NCBI GenBank assembly: GCA_951406725.2
Contig: OX597820.1
Coordinates: forward strand, 90,148,001-90,212,000
DNA from: Octopus vulgaris
Lineage: Eukaryota
DNA length: 64,000 nucleotides
Direction of reading: 5' to 3'
Position 1 is the stretch's first letter. Each line of letters opens with the position of its first letter. Below, piece by piece: positions 28,849 through 39,773 of this stretch. Both the position numbers and the translations under genes were made by a program. Under the pieces are notes generated by a model. That model was not told the origin of the DNA and did no database searches. It saw only the letters and a list, made by a program, of their open reading frames with translations.

Positions 28849-29443
28849 TATATATATATATATATGAACACCCTGGGCTAGGAAAATTAAAACGATACAT
28901 TGGTCTTCCGAAAAGAAAAAAGGAATTCTACCACTACCACCACGATCACTACGACTGCTGCTACTTTTACTACTACTACAACCACCATGGTCACTACTAT
29001 TACTACTACGATCAACAATTCCCCACTACTGCTGCTGCTGCTGCTACTGCCACAGCTGAGCTGCTGCAACCCCAACCACCACCACGGTTACTACTACTAC
29101 GACCAACAGTCACTGCTGCTACTGACATTTCAGCCACTGGTCATTCGGACACTTAAGACAGCTAAAAACAACGACGTGGCTTCTGTTGAGACCAGTAAGA
29201 AACAATTATGAACTTTTTATTACACTCAACTTTAAATATACAGCTATTATGCTTACTACCCACAAAACACCACCACGTTGATTCTGTTGAGACCAGTAAG
29301 AAACAATAATGAACTTTTTTATGACCCTTAACTTTTTAAAATATTTTTGATAAGGTTCGTTTTTTCAAGAATAACCGAAACATGTAAAATTTCTAAGAAA
29401 ATTAAAATTTATCTTATATAGTGGCGTTTTCAAACTTCTTTTT

Positions 29444-29474
<31 letters not shown>

Positions 29475-29480
<6 letters not shown>

Positions 29481-29606
29481 TATATAGAAGGAGCTGAAGA
29501 ATGAAACAGTACTAGTCCTGTAGAAGCTCCTTCTATATAATAAATTAATTTTACTCTGCTATGTATTGAGTACCTTACTTACTGTGGTTAACCCCGAATC
29601 AACCTA
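29475..29606 (+). mobile_element. Penelope-type terminal relic with collapsed hammerhead and 21-bp inverted repeat
   Basis: Perfect inverted repeat 29475-29495 / 29525-29545 enclosing CTGAAGA-at-GAAA-cag..ctg-TA; flanked by (TA)n. Confidence 0.55.
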
Positions 29607-29857
29607 CATATATATATATATATATATATATAACATAAGGGACTAAAGCCATCTGAATATGGCTAGGGACAGGGCAGGGTGGTGGGGGTGTTACTGTTGC
29701 ATTTAGCCCCAGGCGAACATCGACGTCACCAGAAAGGCTCGACACCGTCACGGTGCCCTAAACCTGCAAAGGGAGGTAATTCCCCGATGAAGCGGAAACC
29801 ACACACGGACCATGGTATATAAGAAAATCCTGCAGAGTGAAAATTCGTCGAGGAGGC

Positions 29858-29943
29858 GGAGGCCTACCACACGCCGATGATAGGCAATACACCTTGAAAC
29901 CATGGTCCGTGTGTGGTTTCCGCTTCATCGGGGAATTACCTCC
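29858..29943 (-). ncRNA. Candidate antisense hammerhead-like motif
   Basis: Minus strand: ggagg-taatt-cc-CCGATGA-agcg-GAAA-ccacac..gtgtgg-TA^gg-cctcc. Bulged stem I (2+5 bp), 6-bp stem III and a GUA site, but only 4 nt where stem II should be. Confidence 0.45.
29868..29913 (+). ncRNA. Minimal type I hammerhead ribozyme (U4C core variant)
   Basis: cacacg-CCGATGA-tagg caataca cctt-GAAA-ccatg-GTC^cgtgtg: 6-bp stem I, short stem II, palindromic stem III ACCATGGT, predicted cleavage after C29907. Confidence 0.85.
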
Positions 29944-30227
29944 CTTTGCAGGTTTAGGGCACCGTGACGGTGTCGAGCCTTTCTGGTGACGTCGATGTTC
30001 GCCTGGGGCTAAATGCAACAGTAACACCCCCACCACCCTGCCCTGTCCCTAGCCATATTCAGATGGCTTTAGTCCCTTATGTTATCGAGCAGTTACTGTC
30101 TATATCCCTTTTAGAGAATTATTATTGCTTTCGAACAGATTTTCGAAATCAGCAAATGTATTTTGCTTGAAAATCTATATAAGAAAATCCTGCAGAGTGA
30201 AAATTCGTCGAGGAGGCGGAGGCCTAC

Positions 30228-30270
30228 CACGCCTATGATAGGCAATACACCTTGAAACCATGGTCCGTGT
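30228..30270 (+). ncRNA. Second-unit hammerhead copy, probably inactive in cis
   Basis: cacg-CCTATGA-tagg..cctt-GAAA-ccatgGTC^cgtg: G5 to U substitution and a 2-nt deletion in stem I relative to unit 1. Confidence 0.75.
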
Positions 30271-30485
30271 GTGGTTTCCGCTTCATCGGGGAATTACCTC
30301 CCTTTGCAGGTTTAGGGCACCGTGACGGTGTCGAGCCTTTCTGGTGACGTCGATGTTCGCCTGGGGCTAAATGCAACAGTAACACCCCCACCACCCTGCC
30401 CTGTCCCTAGCCATATTCAGATGGCTTTAGTCCCTTATGTTATCGAGCAGTTACTGTCTATATCCCTTTTAGAGAATTATTATTG

Positions 30486-30520
<35 letters not shown>

Positions 30521-30523
<3 letters not shown>

Positions 30524-31744
30524 AGTCAGCCCATAAAAAATGCGTTTTTTGCAACTGCATAAACTAAAAGTCGGATTGGGACGAGATAGACTACCAGAAT
30601 GAACTTGTTATAAAAGCAGGTAATAGTTTTACCTTGTACTTATTCTTAGTGCACGTTTTGAAGAGTGCAGTTCGATTTTAGCAGTTATTTTTTCAAAGAT
30701 GTAATGGAAGTGCAAAAGGGGCAGATTCGGCATATTTTGCTTTATGAGTTCAATAAAGGAACATCGGAACGGGAAGTGCGAGGAATATTAATGCAGTATA
30801 TGGGGATCGGAAATAAGCGTAAGCTAGTTTCAACGGTGGTTCCACAAATGCTGAGCTGGAAACTACAGCCTAGAAGACAAGCTATGTCTTGGAAGATATG
30901 TAGAGTTCGACTAGGGCGTTCTGCAAACCCTGGTGGAGCAAAATCCCATCCTTACTGTTGAGGAACTACCAGAGAAGCTTGGATTTGGTCATTCAACCAT
31001 TCATCGACACCTGCGTGCCGTTGGAAAAGTCAGCAGATCGGATCAATGGGTTCTTCACAAACTTTCCGAGTTTAACAGGCGGAGAGAGTGAATGTGTCAG
31101 TGACGTCTCACAAATGAACCTTTTTTGGACTGCCTAGTGACTCGTGGTGAGAAATGAGATCTCTATAAACATGTCAAGCGCCGAATACGGTGGGTAGGGA
31201 AAAGAGAAACACTGGCATCTTCGTATGGTGTTGTTGTTTGGAAGGGATACGAAAGGCTTAGTCCACTTTGAAATTTTAAACCCAAACCAAAGGATATTAA
31301 GGGAGATCTACTGCAAGCAGCCTCAGTGGCTTAAGTCAGCTCTAGAAGATAAACGACCATCTTCAGTTTCAAGACGAATGGTATTCTTCCATCAAGATAA
31401 TGCTTTGCCACATGCAGCGAAGATGTCATTGCAAAGTCTGGAACATTTTGAATGGGAAACGATGCCCGGCCTACCATATTCGCCATACATTGCTCCATCT
31501 GATTATAATTTATTCCGGAAAAATATGAATCCTGTAGACGAGGTCAGACCAATACTGGAAGAGTATGTTTCGTCACGGACTAGTGAATTTTGGAAGAGGA
31601 GCGCTGCAAGTCCACCAGATATATGGAAGAGCATTATAGAAAATGAAGGAGAGTATGTTTTAGATTAAGAAAGAATTTTGTTTATCTTAATTGTAAAATA
31701 ATAAAAGAACTATAAAAACCCGCATTATTTACGGGGAGACCCAA
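30521..31744 (+). mobile_element. Mariner (DD34D) transposon, defective
   Basis: TIRs ttgagtcagcccataaaaaatgcg and cgcattatttacggggagacccaa with TA flanks. Transposase motifs IRHILLYEF, FHQDNALPH and YSPYIAPSDYNLF, interrupted by frameshifts. Confidence 0.93.
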
Positions 31745-32284
31745 TATATACTCATACGCTTATTACCAGTTCAAGTATACTTGGAGAATATTCGAACCGG
31801 TATGAAAGCGATTCACTCTCTTGTCACTATTTTGTCAAATACACCATAATCAGATCGCATCACTACTTATATAGGCTGTGTGCTGCAATTATTTCGGAGT
31901 GGTAATCTCCTCTGCAGCCCCCCAAAACAGACTGGGAGCGTTGTGAGCTTCTAAGAAAGATTGTCTCTGTTATGATATTCTCATCATTATACTACGCATG
32001 GTACCACTAATCTGGATAGCTAAGTAGTGATGTGTATAAACAGAAGGTTATTACCAGTTGTAATATTCTTGAGGCATATTCAAGTCCGACAGAAACCCAT
32101 TCAAGTTGCTTTCTTCGTAACTGAGGAGAATTAGCTAATCAACCTTGAGAAGTTCAAATGCAAAGTGTGTTGGATTTGAAATCAGAAGTACAAAATTACA
32201 CGGAAATACTTTTAAAATTCTGCATTTCTCTCTCCACAATTATATTCATAAAAATATTGTACAATACGGATTTCAATACGGATA

Positions 32285-32415
32285 ATGCTATCGGACCCTG
32301 AAGGATGAAAGCCAAAGTCGTCCTTGATGGACTTTGAATTCAGAACGAAGTGATGAACAAAATGCCGTTAAGCATTTTTCCCAGCATGCAAACAATTCTG
32401 CCAGCTCGCCACCTT
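32285..32415 (-). mobile_element. SINE family A, partial
   Basis: aggatgaaagccaaagtcg..gaattcagaacg..ttctgccagctcgccacct. Confidence 0.8.
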
Positions 32416-34004
32416 ACTAACATTATATAATATGAAGAAATATTAAGATAATTATATGAATAGTAACGTAGGTAGAAAAACAGATTGTCATCTACGAGTT
32501 TTAACAAAAAATCCAAGTAGTTCGAATAAACAGAAAAAAATTTAACTTAGAGCGTATATTATGAAAACACCAAAAGGATAAAATGTATCTATCCAATATA
32601 AACGAATGCCGGAGGTTGCTGTAAAAACAGAAATATAATATTAGAAGTAGAACGGATCTACGTAGATGTAAAAATAAAACTGATTTATTTATTAAGAAAA
32701 CATGAAGTAAATAGTATATACATCACTTTGAATAAACGAAAAACGACGTGGAACCTTAAAGAGAATGAATCTGAATACAGTGATTTAGATAATTGCACAA
32801 TCGCTAGAGAGTTGAAAAAACCAATAATACAATTAAAAAAAAATGCCCTAAGACATAATTGAAAGAGTGAGCTTTTCTTACAGAAAGTCCCATTATATTG
32901 TAATATGAGGCTTTCTTTGAGAAAGTATAAAAGTCAAATACATCAGAAAAAGGAAGTTTAAACTAAGAATATACAGGGATCTTGAAATATAGATATGCAG
33001 GATATAGGGGTGTATAATACTATTATTATTGGGTTACAATTATAATAAAGAACATTCAATGAAAATCTAAATACCAAGTCTCACCCTGGGTTTACAACGC
33101 TATAATGACCCCAGATTACCTTAATATATATCTTAAGAAACTATTTATAATTCAATTGCATCTATCACTAACCTTGCATTATATAAGCACACATATTACA
33201 ATATAGTTAATTGAGATAACAGACACTCTAACACCACTCTCGTAATCTGTTCAACACACGTTCTACTCCAGAATTTCCCGGCAGTATGAAATATAACACA
33301 TCTCATACAATATATTCTACACGAGAAATTGTTGAAACCCTAGAGCAACTCTAGGGTCAAGAAAATAAATCCCATAAGAAACTTATCACTGTACAGCATA
33401 CACGTACCAGTCCATACTTCCAAAGGATAATGTTGCAGACACTTCATGAATATAATAGTAAAAGGTTGCTGAAAACTGCGAAAAATCCTAATGATGCTAA
33501 ATATCTTGTGAAAGAGCAATAACATGTTGCATAGAAGACCACATTGTGAAATTTATACATCTGGTGATATTCATTAGTATGGAACAAAATATTTGGGAAG
33601 TGGTGGTAAAACCAGAAAAAGAAACAATACACTAATTTTTTTATATATTTCATTGTAAATAAGACATTGTTTCTATGCGGAATCTTTGCATAACATAATC
33701 TTTGCCTTGTTCACATTCACACTAGTCCCCAACTTGCTACCACTAACCGAAAAAACTCAGCAGCAACTTCAGATTGAGATCATTAGGAGAGGAATGAATT
33801 ATGGCTAAAATCTTCAAATGCTCAATGTTAAAGACTATTAAATCTGTAGAATTTGAAAGCGTGGAAAATTACAACTCTTCCTAACAATATGATATCAAGC
33901 ATGGCCTTCACCGATCCTTTACCATTCAGCACATACATTCTTTTTCTACGCAATAAAATAGTTTCAGACAGCATTATTCAGAGAGCTGACATAGTAAAAT
34001 CAGG

Positions 34005-34091
34005 TTTAAGCAGAAAAAAAATCTATGCACAGTCATTGAAACTGGATCAGCAAACCATTTTATTCAATTTCTTGCTAGGCAGAAGCCACAA
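34005..34091 (+). repeat. 87-bp direct repeat, copy 1 (copy 2 at 36064-36150)
   Basis: tttaagcagaaa.aaaatctatgcacagtc.ttgaaactggatcagcaaaccattttattcaatttcttgctaggcagaa.ccacaa at both sites, about 3 mismatches. Confidence 0.9.
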
Positions 34092-34149
34092 TATTTGCAA
34101 AAGAAAATAATGAAAATAAATGAAAGACAAAGTGGAGATAAAATTAGAG

Positions 34150-35330
34150 GTTAAAGAAAAATATCACTTAATACTTAATGTGATCGAAAATACTACCAAA
34201 GCAATAAAGATGAAGAGAGAAACAACAACTGTTAGAAACACAAAATTATGTTCGCAAAATCAAGGAGCGCTAAGAGAGGGTCTCGCAATATCGCAATGAA
34301 TCCACTGTTATGATAAGAGATAAAATTTATTTGAAAAATAAAAAGCGCTTCACTGAAAGAAAAATGATTTTACAAAGACTTAAGCTCCCAAAAAAAAAGA
34401 AGAAAGAACAAAGTAGAGAGTTATTTGCAAAAGAGACAGAAGGGTATAGCGTATATGTTATGGAAAACATACCGGAGATGACGTTCAATTGAGTATGTGT
34501 GACAACAGAATATTTGTGAAAAGAAATAATAATTATAAATAATCTAGATAAAACGAAATCCGCAAAAATAGAAAACACTAGAGCGTGAGAGATTTAGCTA
34601 AGATATTTAACAGGTTTCTTTTATTCATTTACTCGTTTTCTGTAATGAAATATGTCCATGCTATGTCACTGCAGTAAACATTAAGGTCGCTTACATCGAC
34701 CAAGCAATTATTTTATCGATCTTTGGAGGAAATTGCGTAAAATAGATGTATGTGGAATTTGAACTCAGAACGTAAAGAGGGGTAACTCTGTAAATGCAGC
34801 ATAGTAATTTGTTCGATGCTCCAGTATTTCTGTTATACAATTTACAAGAAGAAAAGAAACTAAACGGTAAACTCATTTCAAAGGATATTTGCACGAAAAG
34901 AAAGAGAAACAATGTTTTTTTTTCTTTTCTTCTTTTTTTTTTTTGAGAAGAACAGAGATAATTCTAAAAAGGCATAATTTGGATCTATCGATCAGTAGCT
35001 GATCGATAAAGCCATGACCGATAACTGTGGGAAAGGAAAGAATAACATTAGCATGATTTGGATTGATTACTAGAAGGTCTCGGCACTCGTATATTCTGAA
35101 AATATTACTGTAGAGAAGCCATTACCAATAATAAGCAGGTACATCAAACATGACATGAGTATATGTGTTACATCTGTACAGATTCAAAGAAACGTGTGAA
35201 TTGTAAACACAAAACCAGCTCCCATGGGGAAAGGAATATTCCACAAGACTCCATCTCTAAATCCCTCTGAGTTAGTACATATAGCATCATGTTAAATGAT
35301 GGCCTATATGGATAGATGTAATAAAGTGTC
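34150..35330 (+). mobile_element. Decayed R4/Dong-type (RLE) LINE, RT region, interrupted by a SINE A relic at about 34685-34830
   Basis: 34975-35100 translates GSIDQ*LIDKAMTDNCGKGKNNISMIWIDY*K, matching the family motif G..DQLLIDK...NL.M.WIDYKKA, followed by KGIF. The 5' boundary is uncertain. Confidence 0.7.
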
Positions 35331-38300
35331 ATAGCATTGATACAGAGCTTGGATTTAGTAGGCAAAACGTGTCAATGCAACCATCAGGACAGCAGTATTA
35401 TTAAATAAACAAACACGCGCTAATACTATGCTACGACGATGAAAGTTGTTACAGTGTCAGATAAAAAATTTTACGGTATTAGTTCTTGTGCTTTGTGCTC
35501 TGAGATCAAATCGCACTCAGATCACCATTATTGTTTCTTTTTTCATCCGGCTTCGACTGGTAAAGTATATAACGACTATTGGGGTTGATACATTTTCTTA
35601 TTGAATCGGTTTGTTCTACGGGCTTCAATTTGACCATGACTGATCTAGATGTTTGTAAGACTACACAATGGGTGCCATAGTTCCAGAAAGATGATTTGGA
35701 TCCATCAAGTTAGACGCATTAATAAAGACCATGATAGCGGCACCGTTATTCTAAATTAGTGCGAACTAAACTATGGGATATCACTGATAATGTCGTTTCA
35801 CAAGCAACTGAGGTCTGGGCGAGAGCGCAGTAACTCATTTCAACAGTAAAATATTCCAACTAATATGTCACTGAAGCCGCACAAATAAGATCAAATGGAC
35901 CACATACTTCGGAAGGTAATGATAGAATGAACAATTATGAAGATATTCTTCCATGGCAAGTGTTTCGATGTGAAATCGTTTGTTATAATAAAACAATTGC
36001 AATGTGAAAGACATGAGTTAGTCATTGAAAGAGACCATCAACTTCACTTACATATTTATTTTATTTAAGCAGAAATAAAATCTATGCACAGTCGTTGAAA
36101 CTGGATCAGCAAACCATTTTATTCAATTTCTTGCTAGGCAGAAACCACAACAACGAGTAAATGAATAAAAGAAACTTACATATTTATTTTAGTTTAATGC
36201 GGTGTCAAATTTTCCGTCGCTCGAAACCGCGACTTGTCCTCTGACAAAGACCTTACCAGCATTTCAAAATGAATAATATCGTTAGAAACATACATAGATT
36301 AAACGATAATTAAGTCAAATACAGACAATGCAGATATAACGATAAATTAATGAAACGCGTACAACGAATTGGTAAATTACGAATAACATAAACGCATCGA
36401 TGCTCAATGAAACAGTAAATAACTGTTTGAGCCACGTGAGAAATTTAGAAATAACGCATCATGTTACATATGTTTATATTAAGTTTTTATACCGCTGCAC
36501 TTTGATGATTTCGCTTCCTCCGCATTGTTGAAATTCAGTAAAAATTTACAGATATTGCTCTATATAGTGCTCGCCTCTAAATTATGAGAGCCGAGTAGAA
36601 TATAGATCACTGATAAGACCTTGTACTACTGGTACCTGTTAATTTTTAGGACAAGCTTTACTCCAATGTCACTTTTATTACTGCTCATAAATTTCCTTTT
36701 TCAGATTGTATTGAAGTTACCCGCTTTGCTTCTTGTAGTTTTTAGATTTTAAGCTCAGCCAGTTCTGGATTTTGTCTGGTAACACCATGGATAATGACAG
36801 GTAATTGAGGGATCTCAACGAAATATAAAAGTGGGATCGTAATACATACAATGATATAAACAATTAAGTGTGCATTATATATGAGAAAGAAGTACTTATA
36901 CGACAGATGAAACTCTATCGAGAAAGCAATATTCTATTATTTACAGAATAATAATTATAACAATTATTTCCAGGACATCATATTCCATAAGCATATTTTA
37001 GCTCTAAGCTATACAGTAGCTAAGGACATGTGAATTTATGTGTTTCATGAATTGGGTCTTACAACGATTGTTTTTTCCTGTACTATGCTATTACGTTGAG
37101 TAAAGTAAAATTGTATCTATCGAAAATTTATCTGAAAGAATCCATTCAGATGCATCTATTGTCAAGCCAACAGGAGAACGTCAGCGCCACTGCTGCCACT
37201 GCTGCCACCGAACCTCACACAAAACCCGCTTTACTGTCTAAATCAGATATCTGCAACATGTTTTGAGAAGTGAGCCTCATGCGTTACGGCTCCTCATGAG
37301 TGGGGTCGCATTACTAACAGAAAGGTTATATTTCGTTACGCATGCCATTCAGTATGTCCCGCATGCTACAATTTAACTGTGGCTGAGGTAAATGTTGGTA
37401 AGGAAATACATTGGATGACGTGGCTCCAGATATGTGATGTCTAAAGAATAGAGGGTACATACATGAATGTGGCGTCTTTAATTATAGAGCCTTGATTCCA
37501 TCAAGATAGAAATGGAAATGTGTCTAGAAAAAACAAAGATAACCGCATCGTTATTATAATTTAGTGCGAGCTAATATTTTCCATTGGAATCCTTTCCACA
37601 AAATAGCTTAAATATTTTCCCAAGATTACAAATTTAAAAAACATGAAAATATAGAGCCATCATTCGCCAGCAATTACAGCTTGGTAACGTATTGTATAAT
37701 CTCCAAATGTTTTAGTCCTTAGACAGTAGATAGAATCCTCTTGTTTGACCCCGCACTCTTGGCCAAGTGGAGCATGCAAGATGTGGCAGCTGGAAGGAAA
37801 GTGGGCAGCACTAGTAATAGGCTAGTGCTCATTTCTTAGTAATACAATGTGCCAGCCAATCCAGGAATTGAACTCATGGTATAATGGTGATGAGATAAGC
37901 AGCCTGAACAGTAGGTCACCCCATTACATATATGAAAGTGTTGAGCTGACTGGAGTTCTATAATTATAATTATATTCTCTACCTTAGAATCTTCAATGAC
38001 AAGTGAATCGTGGAAATATTTGAAATCATAACGTCACCAAACGTAATTAAATTTGTTAAAATGATATTAATTAAAAGTTCACATTTGAAAAAGAAAATAA
38101 ATAAATTAAAAATCGGTTGTTCTGATCGTTGAGGGTAAATCAACAACGAGGGCAATATTAAAGTTAAAAAGAAAAGCCTTCAATAGAAATATATAGCTTC
38201 TGTTTTTTTTTTGTTTCAGTCATTAGACAGCAGCAATGCTGGGGTACCACTTTGAAGAACGATTAGTCGAACGAATCGACTTCAGTGCTTATGTCCCCTA

Positions 38301-38761
38301 AGTTGTGGGGACATAAGGAAAACGATATCGGTTGCTAATTGTTGGTAGGAGACATACACAAACACAAGGACACACAGTCAAACACAACACACATACACAG
38401 AGCCAAACACACACATACATATTAAGAATAAGGAAACATATGACCTATATGTGTTTCCATTGCAGTGACCGTACACTGCTTGAGATGCAAACTTGCAATA
38501 TTGGCAATGCAGTTTCATCAGGGTCTGTACATTAGGTCCGCTATGAATTAATAATGCTGTAAATAACTGTAAGATGAATATTATTAATAATATTTCCCAC
38601 TCTACGGAACCTTTGCATTACTGGGTAGTACACACGGAGTTACCCAACCAGTAAACTTACCTATGTCCAAAAGATTATTATAGGCTGCTGGCCGGCATCT
38701 GGAACCAAACTGAGAGCTAACACGGTATCTGCTTTATAATACATCCTTGCAAATTCACTTA

Positions 38762-39495
38762 TACATAGTGATCTGATCAATAACCACGCATAATAAAGCT
38801 GCATAGAACAGATTGACAGCGAAAGTGGAGCAGAGAACAAGCATAAAATTTTGCCAAAAGCTTGGCGATATTTACTCAGTGGCATACACAAAATATTCAA
38901 AAACTTCCATCGTTCTCCACAAAATCAAGGAGTCTTGTGCAAGTGAAGCCCGAGTGTCGTTTCAGTCAGCTCAACGCAGTTTTCGCCGAAACTTGGCAGA
39001 CACGTGTCTCATAACCAAATCTTCAGTGATAATGAACTAAACCGGGATTAATCTGTACCTGCTCTGATATCTCACGGATGGTGATTCGACGATTTTCCCT
39101 CACAACTGCACTCATATCTGCGATGTTTTCTCAGTTCACCTGATTGTAGGTCTCCCAGAATGTTTGTTAGTATCGACATTTTTTCAGCCATCTTGGAAAC
39201 GTCTGAACCATTCCTACAGTTATATACCCCTCTCCATAAAATTTCTGCAAATTTGTGTGGGCCTCTGAGCAGGTATCCCCATGACTACTTTCTCTGTCAT
39301 TGTCAATGCGAGGATCACACGCTACACACCTTCCTTCAGAGCATTGCTGTAAACAGATATCGCCAATCTGGAACGTTAAAAGGTAAGGTATATAGATTAC
39401 AGAGGTCAAGGTTAATCTTTCCCAAGCGGCTTCGCTCCGCATACTTTAGCATCGGTATTATGGCAACAGTGCGGATACTGTTTATTATAAAGACA
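38762..39495. mobile_element. Mariner-derived foldback element with two inverted 5' ends
   Basis: Plus-strand transposase start TAKVEQRTSIKFCQKLG; minus-strand IITEDLVMRHVSAKF plus 5' terminus. Homologous to 61990-62830. Confidence 0.72.
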
Positions 39496-39504
39496 GGGAG
39501 CTAG

Positions 39505-39695
39505 CAAAATCCTTACCGCAGTCAGATAAGTGCGTGTAACATTTCTAAAGACTACACTCCAAGTTCAAACTTCGTGGAGGTCGATTTTGCCTGTCATTCT
39601 GTCAGCGTCGATAAAATGGTTACAGTTGGGGCACTGGGCTTGATATAATCGACTTAGACCCTCCCCTGAAATAGCTGGCTTTGAGCCAGAATTTA
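39505..39695 (+). mobile_element. SINE family A, diverged
   Basis: aagttcaaacttcgtggaggtcgattttgcctgtcattc..gcactgggcttgatataatcgactta. Confidence 0.72.
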
Positions 39696-39727
39696 TATCC
39701 CCCCCCCCCCACATACAATAGATGCAA

Positions 39728-39773
<46 letters not shown>

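Larger units (their letters stand above)
29630..30487 (+). mobile_element. Young retrozyme-like non-autonomous element: 187-bp inverted arm plus about 1.9 tandem copies of a 360-bp hammerhead-containing unit
   Basis: 29630-29816 is the reverse complement of 29899-30085. Unit 1 spans 29816-30175 and unit 2 spans 30176-30487, identical by eye except in the ribozyme. (TA)n flanks both sides and there is no meaningful ORF. Confidence 0.92.

Noticed and set aside
29181-29320. 38-bp direct repeat about 100 bp apart (also short duplications at 10316-10356 and 15177-15228)
   Set aside because: Ordinary local duplications with no further structure.
29630-30487. CRISPR array or LTR retrotransposon interpretation
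   Set aside because: No repeat-spacer periodicity, no TG..CA termini, primer-binding site or gag/pol, and the context is eukaryotic.
29758-30567. Duplicated ORFs MTVSSLSGDVDV.. and the minus ORF 29758-30036
   Set aside because: By-products of a GC-rich tandem and inverted repeat; non-ATG starts and no recognisable domain.
38288-38317. 11-bp hairpin cttatgtcccc/ggggacataag
   Set aside because: Lies inside a SINE B tail fragment; best explained as a local template-switch inversion.
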